Source: Acidiferrobacterales bacterium (GTDB taxonomy: Bacteria > Pseudomonadota > Gammaproteobacteria > Acidiferrobacterales > SPGG2). From it: a stretch of DNA of 64,000 bases. Below the pieces are notes generated by a model. The model saw only the letters and a program-made list of their open reading frames with translations, had not been told where the DNA came from and did no database searches. The stretch lies in contig JBHIDJ010000006.1 of assembly GCA_046760105.1 (NCBI GenBank), forward strand, positions 3,197 through 67,196, read 5' to 3'. Made by a program: the position numbers and the translations under genes. Position 1 is the stretch's first letter, and each line of letters begins with the position of its first letter. Positions 33,619 to 41,249 of the stretch are shown here, piece by piece.

Positions 33619-36600
33619 TTATTGCCAGCACTCACCCGGCGCGTTCGCTTTGCCTTTGCCCGGATCAGTCTGAGCCGGTGGCTCGCGGACGAGACCCTCG
33701 TCCTGCTCGAACCGCTTGTGTGTTCTGTAAATCTGCCGGCGTTTGTCGAACCAAGGGCGTGCCTTGGAAATTCTCCATTTTTTCTTGCCATCACGCAGTT
33801 CGACAGCCACCGACAGAGCACGGAGTTTTGCGTAGAAAACCCCCGCGACCTGGCGCTGAAAAATATCGAGTTCACCGAGAATTTTGAGCCTGTCTCCTGT
33901 CATCTCGAGATCCTCGACCTCGACCGCCTTGCCATCCATCTTGAAGTCAGCACGGGTTTTGATGTCTGTAACGGTGAGCAGATTCTTGAACCACCGGACA
34001 ATCCCCTTTTTTTCTGAAAGAAGCACGACAACGGGGCGCGAGTCACGCATTTCCATCTCAATGCGCGCCTCGAGCTGCGCCGGGGTCGTTACTTGCATTT
34101 TGGCTTGCGGCAAACTAAGACGCGCCCACCAGGTAGTATCGGTGCCGATCTTGGCAGTCCCGACGTACATGTTATTGAGTTCAAGCTTTGTGTCACCTAT
34201 GTCAAATGTGCGTGCCTTCAGGTCACCGTTCTTGAGGTGGGCATGTAGCGTCATGTCGCCCGCCATTGTCACGTTCCTGAATTGAGCCACGATCCGCTCG
34301 GCGCGGAACTCAACCTCACCCTTCGCTGACGCCTCCGTTTCGGATGCCTCAATGCGGGTTCGGATTCGACCACGGCCGGAATGTATAAAAAAGCAGGAGT
34401 CGGGCGGGACATAAGCGTTGTAGAAACCGAAGTTCGGAACGTCGGATTCTGGTAGATCCAGGACCACTTTAAGATCAGTAAACGGATCGGTGAGATCCAA
34501 TTCAGAGCTCGTACCGGTGATTTCGAAGCCGATGCCGAAAATGTGGGGTTCTACGTATTCTGACCTTCCGAGTTCGAAGTCATCCAGCGTTACCGTCACT
34601 TCCGCAAAGGCCCGATCCTTCTCGCGAGCGACGCGGCCACGTACCTTGCCCGAACCGCGCGCCTTAAAGTCGAGATAGGTGGCTCGAATCTCATCGGAGT
34701 CAACGGCCAAGCGACTACCGGCAACGAGCCTCCCTTTGCGCACGCGCAAGAAAGCATTGAGCGTTCCGGACCCATTAATATCGAGCCATGGCGCCTTACG
34801 GAAATAGGCGTTCAGGAATTGCAAGCCAGGGACACGGCCAGCCACGCGCACAGTCCCGGATATTGAACGCAATGCATCTTGGCTTTTTTGCTCAGCGAGT
34901 ACGAGGTGGTCAAATATGGAGTCAACGTTTATCGTCAGATCCTTAACGGCCTTTCCATCCCTGAGCCGTACCTCTCCCGAGGCCAACTGTAGCGAAGCTT
35001 TGCGTATAGCCAGTGGCCCTTCGGTAAGAACGATTAGACCGTCGGCGCGCTCGCCCTTATCACTCGGCCCATACTGAACATCGGTCACGACCTTCAGATT
35101 TCCCGACAGGGCGACGTCTTGGAATGCGGCGGCGACACCGGTGCCGGTTATTGCGAGGTTAGCGGTTGTGGTGGGGTGCCCTTGGGCAGTCTCAAACAGG
35201 CCGTCAAAGCGACCAGCGCCGGACCGGATGCGCAGCCCCGTCCGTGACGGAATGTAGTTATTAAGATAGCTCAGATCTGGTATGGTGCCGTCGACGCGCG
35301 CGGATGCGGACATGAAACGCGTCAAGTCGAACACCTTTTTTAGATCTAGAGTGTACTGGGCAAACTCGGACTGCAACTCTAGCGTAAAGTCTTTGGCAAT
35401 GGTTTGCTGCCGATCGCGTATCTTTCCCGAGGTGAGCGTCACCGATGCTTTCAACACTTCTAACCACCCTAGCTCGCTGAAGGCGACCAAGCCCTTATCG
35501 TCCCGCTCCTGCAACCCATATTGAAGGTCGGCACTCAACTCTAGCTCGCCGGCGACAACGAGATCTTTGAGCTCGGCCGTGACATCTTCGCCAATGAGTA
35601 CTAAGTGGCCCGTAGCATCGGGTTGCCCCGACGCCGTCTCGAAGCGGGTCTGAATTTGACCGGTACCCGAACGGATGCGTAGACCCGTCTGTGATGGGAG
35701 GTAGTCATTGAAATATGGCAGATTCGGAATCCTACCAGCGACACGCAGCGATCCAGAGGTGTAATCGAATACACTGAGCGCTTTGTGTGGATCCAGCGTG
35801 TATTGGTCAAAGGCGGATTCGAGCTCTAGCGTGAAATCCTGAGCGATGACTTGCTGTCGATCGCGTATCTTTCCGGAGGTGAGCGCGACTGAAAGCTTCG
35901 ACACTTCGAACGGCGCGTCGGAGAATACGATCAATCCGTCTTCGTCCTCTTCCAACCCGTACTCGAGGTCCGCCTTAACACTCAAATCACCGCCAATGGT
36001 GAAATGCCTGTATTGCATTACCGTACCTTGGCCTACGACCTCGATTTTACCCTCGGCCGTTCGTTCTTGCGGGGAGCTCGTAAAGCGGCTGCGCATGCGG
36101 CCGCTACCTGCACGAATGGTGATGTCCATCTCTTGCGGGATCAATGTGTTGAAAAAGCTGAGCTCCGGCACCTCGGCGTCCGGCAGGTCGACGATCAACG
36201 TTAGGTCAGTGAAAGGGTCACGTAGGTCGAGGTCGCTGCTGGTACCACTGACCTGTAATTCACGGCCAAGAGCAAAAGGTCTTTGTGCTTGCGCTTGTGC
36301 CAGCTCAAAAGTCTCTAGCGCCACGGACACTTTTGCTACGGGCTTCCCGTTCTCGAGTTCGACGCGACCCTGCACCTTACCTGGGCCCTTGGTGGTGATG
36401 GTGTAATTGGCTGCGTTAATCACGATTTCTGCCGTTTCGACGGTGACACGGGTTTCCTGCGACAGCACCCCTTTCTCCAGGTGCAGTTCAGCATCCAGCA
36501 CGCCGCTGCCATCGATATTGAGCCACGGCATTTTGCGGAAGTAGGCTTTCAAGAAGTTCAAACCTTTTACAGCTGCCGTATGGCGCACAGTTCCCGAGAC

Positions 36601-37338
36601 GAATCCCAAGGCTTTGATGCCTTTCTCTTCGCTGGGGACGAACTCATCGATCGTAATATCGGCATGCAGTTCACTGTCTTCCTCAACGACCGTGTCTCCT
36701 ATCCACCAGTTCCCTGAGGTGAGCACTACAGTTGCGCGCGGCACTTCAAGCGGTCCTCTGATGGTGTGTATCATGCTACCGCTCACGCGCCCGTCGCCAG
36801 CGAAGCGGAATTGCTCGATCCACAATGTGCGGACATCACTGATTGCGATGTTGTTCATCTCCAACGTCCACGGGGACTTACGGGTTGTCCGCGGGTACAG
36901 GTTTTCCGGGGGTGGCTGCGGTGGGTTCGAGAGCCCGGGAATAGATGGAGTTAAATCAACATATTGAGGTTTGGGCTCGTCTGGACGTAATCGCTGGCGC
37001 ATCCGGAACTCGAGCCCACGGCCGTTCATCGAATTGGCCTGGAACCGTTTCAGCAAAAGCGGGATTAAATCGATCGATGCACGAATCTCGTCGAGTTCCG
37101 CATACCACTGAAACCTTCTATCTTGTCCGCGAATCTGGAGACCTTGAACGTGAACAATGCCGGGGAACAGCGTCCAACCCTTTTCCCATCGAATCCACAA
37201 TTTCTCCGGCTTTCGGTTGATTAGTTGTGATGCTATCTCGGTATTGAGAAAAAGGTTTGCCAGCACGAGGTAAAGCCCTGTGACCACGACCACCGCGATC
37301 ACGACATGCGTTAGCCACTTTCGCAGAGATGACTTCAT
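33619..37338 (-). CDS. 1239-aa N-terminally membrane-anchored repeat protein; AsmA/TamB/YhdP-like architecture (function unassigned)
   Basis: One N-terminal TM (WLTHVVIAVVVVTGLYLVLANLF), then beta-rich sequence with internal modules. An outer pair is GTSSDLDLRDPFTDLTLIVDLPDAEVP versus GTSSELDLTDPFTDLKVVLDLPESDVP. Tandem inner modules are SGKIRDRQQVIAQDFTLELESAFDQYTLD versus SGKIRDRQQTIAKDFTLELQSEFAQYTLD. The family assignment is inferred from architecture only. Confidence 0.85.
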   Translation of the reverse strand: MKSSLRKWLTHVVIAVVVVTGLYLVLANLFLNTEIASQLINRKPEKLWIRWEKGWTLFPGIVHVQGLQIRGQDRRFQWYAELDEIRASIDLIPLLLKRFQANSMNGRGLEFRMRQRLRPDEPKPQYVDLTPSIPGLSNPPQPPPENLYPRTTRKSPWTLEMNNIAISDVRTLWIEQFRFAGDGRVSGSMIHTIRGPLEVPRATVVLTSGNWWIGDTVVEEDSELHADITIDEFVPSEEKGIKALGFVSGTVRHTAAVKGLNFLKAYFRKMPWLNIDGSGVLDAELHLEKGVLSQETRVTVETAEIVINAANYTITTKGPGKVQGRVELENGKPVAKVSVALETFELAQAQAQRPFALGRELQVSGTSSDLDLRDPFTDLTLIVDLPDAEVPELSFFNTLIPQEMDITIRAGSGRMRSRFTSSPQERTAEGKIEVVGQGTVMQYRHFTIGGDLSVKADLEYGLEEDEDGLIVFSDAPFEVSKLSVALTSGKIRDRQQVIAQDFTLELESAFDQYTLDPHKALSVFDYTSGSLRVAGRIPNLPYFNDYLPSQTGLRIRSGTGQIQTRFETASGQPDATGHLVLIGEDVTAELKDLVVAGELELSADLQYGLQERDDKGLVAFSELGWLEVLKASVTLTSGKIRDRQQTIAKDFTLELQSEFAQYTLDLKKVFDLTRFMSASARVDGTIPDLSYLNNYIPSRTGLRIRSGAGRFDGLFETAQGHPTTTANLAITGTGVAAAFQDVALSGNLKVVTDVQYGPSDKGERADGLIVLTEGPLAIRKASLQLASGEVRLRDGKAVKDLTINVDSIFDHLVLAEQKSQDALRSISGTVRVAGRVPGLQFLNAYFRKAPWLDINGSGTLNAFLRVRKGRLVAGSRLAVDSDEIRATYLDFKARGSGKVRGRVAREKDRAFAEVTVTLDDFELGRSEYVEPHIFGIGFEITGTSSELDLTDPFTDLKVVLDLPESDVPNFGFYNAYVPPDSCFFIHSGRGRIRTRIEASETEASAKGEVEFRAERIVAQFRNVTMAGDMTLHAHLKNGDLKARTFDIGDTKLELNNMYVGTAKIGTDTTWWARLSLPQAKMQVTTPAQLEARIEMEMRDSRPVVVLLSEKKGIVRWFKNLLTVTDIKTRADFKMDGKAVEVEDLEMTGDRLKILGELDIFQRQVAGVFYAKLRALSVAVELRDGKKKWRISKARPWFDKRRQIYRTHKRFEQDEGLVREPPAQTDPGKGKANAPGECWQ

Positions 37339-37636
37339 GGATTGTGCTGGAGCACGCAGGGTTTCTGAGTCCGTAGTGACGCAATATTCCTACCAGCTAC
37401 AACTTAACGGATCCCCGCTTAGCTATCAATGGACGAGATTACTATCTATAGAGGGAAGCCAAAGCCTTTTCAGCAATCCGCCCTTTGCGCAAATTTGAAG
37501 TAAATGCTTGTGCTCGTCAAACGGGATTGCGGGGAACCTAGATTCTACCGTGTGCATGTCGAACGGGGTGTCTTGTTCTGCTAACCAGCTGTTCACTTGA
37601 AGATATTGGCGAGGCATCTCGGGATGCTCGTTAACG

Positions 37637-38242
37637 CTATGTGCCTGTCATGGTAATGTGATTGCGTTGCGACTTCACGCGCTCGAGCCATGCGCGAATC
37701 CCCCGATATTTTGATAGATCAAAGTCGCCCTCGTTGGCTACATGCGTATAGGCATATAGGCCAATGTCGGCGATAGTGTAACGCTCGCCGACAAGATAGT
37801 GGTGATTCGTTAGATGTTTTTCCATCACATCGAGGGCGGCATAACCCGGTAGGCGCTTTTCTTCCAGGGTCTTCTTGTGCTCTGGCGGCGCGCCAAGGTA
37901 ACGGATTATGTAACGCGAAGTGGCAATATAAGGCTCGTGGCTATACTGCTCGAAGAATAGCCATTGTAGCACCTCGGCATGTTCAAACTTACCGGTCGGG
38001 AGAAAATCAGTGCCCTCGCTTAAGTAATGTAGGATGGCGTTAGATTCGGCTAGGAAAACATCGGGTTCGATTTCGAGGAGGGGTATCTTCCCGTTTGGAT
38101 TCTTCGCCAAGAACTCTGGAGCACGGGTTTCTTTCTTAAGAATATCGACATGTATCCACTCGAACGGTTGTCTCAATTGAGTGAGAAGCAGCATTACCTT
38201 GTAGCAATTACCCGAATAGTAATCACCGTATACCTTAAACAT
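37637..38242 (-). CDS. glutathione S-transferase family protein
   Basis: MFKVYGDYYSGNCYKVMLLL...FLAKNPNGKIPLLE...ESNAILHYL thioredoxin-like N-domain plus a helical C-domain. Start ATG 38242 preceded by GGAG. Confidence 0.85.
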   Translation of the reverse strand: MFKVYGDYYSGNCYKVMLLLTQLRQPFEWIHVDILKKETRAPEFLAKNPNGKIPLLEIEPDVFLAESNAILHYLSEGTDFLPTGKFEHAEVLQWLFFEQYSHEPYIATSRYIIRYLGAPPEHKKTLEEKRLPGYAALDVMEKHLTNHHYLVGERYTIADIGLYAYTHVANEGDFDLSKYRGIRAWLERVKSQRNHITMTGT

Positions 38243-38315
38243 AAGAACTCCTTGACGTCGTGTGAGGAAGCACCCGCAGTCACGGGTCACGAAGCGACAG
38301 CCGTTGACTTCTTGA

Positions 38316-38762
38316 CTATTTGACGAGTTGCGGTGAGCTGTTTTTGATTTTTGTTTCGAGTTCCTCGACGTAAGGATCTACATAACCCTCTTTCCAGGTC
38401 GGCTCGAGTTCCCCCACTTTTCTAAATGTTCGCATTGCGTCATGCCACAATCCTTTGTGATAGTAGGCAAGCGCCAGATACCAGTGTGCGTATGTGTGCT
38501 TTGGGTGTGTGGCTATTCTTTCTCTGGTGAACGCTATGAGTTCGTCAAGTTTGTCCTGCTCGAGTAATTCATCAGCTTCATGCCAGAATATGTGCTTTTC
38601 TTCTCCTTCGGCGATTCGGTCGGCGACTTTTGCCAATGCATGCAACGCCCAGAGGATCGCCACACCAAGCAGTGCTAATACTACCAGGGTGACGATCATC
38701 ATCCATTTGATAAACGTTACCTCGCCGAGAAGTCCGTTTAATACGTCAAGTGTGCTTTCCAC
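38316..38762 (-). CDS. hypothetical single-TM protein with TPR-like C-terminal region
   Basis: TM WMMIVTLVVLALLGVAILWALHAL followed by HWYLALAYYHKGLWHDAMRTFRKVGELEP (TPR-like). No closer assignment. Confidence 0.55.
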   Translation of the reverse strand: MESTLDVLNGLLGEVTFIKWMMIVTLVVLALLGVAILWALHALAKVADRIAEGEEKHIFWHEADELLEQDKLDELIAFTRERIATHPKHTYAHWYLALAYYHKGLWHDAMRTFRKVGELEPTWKEGYVDPYVEELETKIKNSSPQLVK

Positions 38763-38950
38763 GATTCTCAGCGCCGACTATGCGATAGAAGTCCTGAATT
38801 GGCCGGTATCCGCAGCCCTCAGCGTCTTAGGCCTGCGACAATACGATAAGCCATTGTTTGCCAAAATGACACCACCATGCCAATCTCATTGGCATATAGG
38901 GGATTTTAAGCGCCGCCCTACGGCGACTTATGCCCAAAGTAGGATCTTGC

Positions 38951-39358
38951 TTAAGATCGCAATTGCTCTAACAGCCCATAGATATCGCCAAGCACCCACA
39001 CATCGGCGATCTTTCCGTCGTAAATCTTAAAGACCGCAGCGCCGGCATATTCGATTTTCTTGCCTGTCGCAGGAATGCCAAACAGCTCGCCCTGGTGGGT
39101 ACCAGTATAAGACAACCTAACGAAGGTCCTGTTCTCCTCCGAGAGGGTCTCAATGATTCGATTGTGGAAGTCTGGAAACGCCAGCTGCACGAAGTCGACG
39201 TATTCGCCAAACTCATCAAGCCCTCGCTTAATCTGACCTAGCGATCCGCGGAACGTCAAATCTTCATGGAGTATCTCGGGAAGCACGCTCTTATCGAACT
39301 TGTTCCACATCTCGTTATAGAAACGGTCGATCAATTGCAGATTCAACAATTTTGGCAT
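38951..39358 (-). CDS. SnoaL-like ester cyclase family protein
   Basis: LIDRFYNEMWNKFD...FRGSLG...GTHQGELFGIPATGKKIEYAGAAVFKIYDGKIADVWVLGD is the typical ester-cyclase/SnoaL pattern. Start set to ATG 39358. Confidence 0.75.
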   Translation of the reverse strand: MPKLLNLQLIDRFYNEMWNKFDKSVLPEILHEDLTFRGSLGQIKRGLDEFGEYVDFVQLAFPDFHNRIIETLSEENRTFVRLSYTGTHQGELFGIPATGKKIEYAGAAVFKIYDGKIADVWVLGDIYGLLEQLRS

Positions 39359-39403
39359 CTTGCTTTCTTTAGTAAACTTCCTCACCGGAAGGGCTCCGCT
39401 CAC

Positions 39404-39864
39404 TTACTCCCAATGCTGGACCTCGATAGTGTTGCCTTCTGGATCGGCAACATATTGAAATGTCAGCAAACCGACGCCTGGCACTTGATGTACCGTGAGG
39501 TCACCACCGGGGAGCCCCCGTTGTCGAACACGGCTTGCGCGGTTGCGGCCACGTCGTCGACAGCAAACGCGATGTGCGAGAATCCAGGCGTGGTCGGGGT
39601 TATCTGTCGTCGCTCGGGCATCGACCGATACTGAAAAATCTCCAAGGTCGGGCTCGCGTCTTTGTAGCCGGGAAGCCGAAGATGAACACCCGAGATGCGC
39701 GACCCCGAGACCGCAGTTGCCTTATCGAGCCACTCGCCGGACAAATGACGTTCAGGCGGAATAAGCACGCCGTCAAACACCTTCTCATAAAACGAAGCAA
39801 GCCGTTTCCAATCTTCTGCTATCAGATTCGTGTGTGCATACCGCATGCCCCCAACAGTTACCAT
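39404..39864 (-). pseudogene. VOC/glyoxalase-family gene interrupted by a 1-nt frameshift at a homopolymer
   Basis: The N-terminal frame reads ...PGFSHIAFAVDDVAATAQAVFDNGGSP, then runs into VVTSRYIKCQASVC* (stop 39463). The adjacent frame continues GGDLTVHQVPGVGLLTFQYVADPEGNTIEVQHWE* (stop 39404), the expected VOC C-terminus. The switch point is at the G4/C5 runs at 39509-39519. Confidence 0.7.
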
Positions 39865-40295
39865 CGTCGTAGGAACTCGGGAATTATCCGCGTTCGATAT
39901 TCTTCCAAATACCGCTCCAAGAAGTCCTCTGGATCCCATAAACCTTCAAGATAATTAGCAGCTTCTGGCCCGGCTACGTAGGCGACGGCAGTGCGCTCGC
40001 GGCCTTGCGCGTCCACGACCGACACAACCTCTTTGACATATAGACCGAGGTCGACGTCCTCGAAATCGTCCAGGATGAGGAAACTGGCATCATCTACCTC
40101 GTGAATCAGCATGCCGGAAACCGATGTTCCTGGTTCCCAGACAGCCGCCGGAATGGGCGTGTATCTTTCTTGTTTGAGTGCATATCGTTGGTAGTCCGGC
40201 AATGTTGCGGCGGTCGTCGTAAAGCTTATACCCGTCAACTGCCGTAGTAGCTCGGGATGCATCAAGACACCATAAGTGAACAAGTTGAGCGCCAT
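39858..40295 (-). CDS. gamma-glutamylcyclotransferase (AIG2/GGCT-like) family protein
   Basis: MALNLFTYGVLMHPELL N-terminal GGCT signature (FxYGxLM), 145 aa. Confidence 0.75.
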   Translation of the reverse strand: MALNLFTYGVLMHPELLRQLTGISFTTTAATLPDYQRYALKQERYTPIPAAVWEPGTSVSGMLIHEVDDASFLILDDFEDVDLGLYVKEVVSVVDAQGRERTAVAYVAGPEAANYLEGLWDPEDFLERYLEEYRTRIIPEFLRRW

Positions 40296-40337
40296 GTCGG
40301 TCAGGGGTGATCTCTGCTACTAGCGGCGTCGGTGCTT

Positions 40338-40955
40338 TCACCTTTTGAAGTTCCAAGCGGGAAGCTGCTCTGGGGAACTAAGACTATCGATAAATGACTG
40401 TGAAAGGGCCTCTTCGCCGATCCGTGCGGACCAATAATCCACACTCTGCGTCAATTCATAGATCAGTGTTTTCAGCGTGCAGGGAACGGCGCCCGCTCGA
40501 TACATGCGCTCCAGCGCCGGTCTCGGGTGTGGCTCAGATGTGAAAATACAGTCTTCCAGCAAGAAGACCTCGTGGCCCATGCGTAACAACCCCAACACCG
40601 ACTGCAGTACGCACACATCCGTCTCCGCCCCAGCTACTACAAACTGTTGGACTGACAGTTGTTCTATGGCCTTACGGATGCCCTCGTCGCTACAGCAGTC
40701 GTACGTTTGTTTGACAAACCGTTGGCCGTAGGTCGGGAAAACGCGCTCGAGTTGCTCCGGGAGCAGTCCTTTCTCGTCCACAGGATGCTCAAATGTAGCG
40801 ATCATCGGCAATTGTAGCGAAACGGCCAGCATCAACAGCCGCTCAATGCGCACAAAAACCGGCTCCTGGGGGCCATCCATGGTCTCCCAAAAGGCGGGCT
40901 GGGCATCAATCAACAGGATTCCAACCTGTGAGCGTTCGATGGATCGAGTCGGCAT
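40338..40955 (-). CDS. isochorismatase-family (cysteine) hydrolase
   Basis: VGILLIDAQPAFWE ... FVKQTYDCC ... FVVAGAETDVCVLQS (catalytic Asp/Lys/Cys context). Start set to ATG 40955. Confidence 0.8.
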   Translation of the reverse strand: MPTRSIERSQVGILLIDAQPAFWETMDGPQEPVFVRIERLLMLAVSLQLPMIATFEHPVDEKGLLPEQLERVFPTYGQRFVKQTYDCCSDEGIRKAIEQLSVQQFVVAGAETDVCVLQSVLGLLRMGHEVFLLEDCIFTSEPHPRPALERMYRAGAVPCTLKTLIYELTQSVDYWSARIGEEALSQSFIDSLSSPEQLPAWNFKR

Positions 40956-41249
40956 CACTAAGGCCTCACGGTTAACGGCAGAGACTACCTGACGAACGGC
41001 GAGCGGCGACAGCTTGGCCGATGCTGCTGCCACCGCAGTCCACCAACGTCTCTACTCGTAATATACCAGCGGCGGATGTCATGTTCCCGCGCAGCGGGAC
41101 TGCCGATTACCGGTGGGCACAATATAACACGGCGTGCGCCAAGGGTTGGGGCCCTTGTTAAACCCGTGAACCTCAAAGCACTTGAACATCAGTTTCATGC
41201 AGATTTTGTGGCGTTCACGCATGTGGTTGGTAATTGTTATTATCACGGC

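Noticed and set aside
33601-33660. Tn7 or Tn7-like (including CRISPR-associated transposon) right end downstream of glmS
   Set aside because: There is no TGT-initiated terminal repeat or TnsB-binding repeats in the 60 nt after the glmS stop. There are no tnsA/B/C/D, tniQ or cas genes anywhere in the islet. The convergent 1239-aa gene ends only 18 nt from the glmS stop.
37426-37617. 63-aa minus-strand ORF between the GST gene and the 1239-aa gene
   Set aside because: Weak ribosome-binding context and no family resemblance. I cannot separate it from chance with the information available, so it is not reported as a feature.
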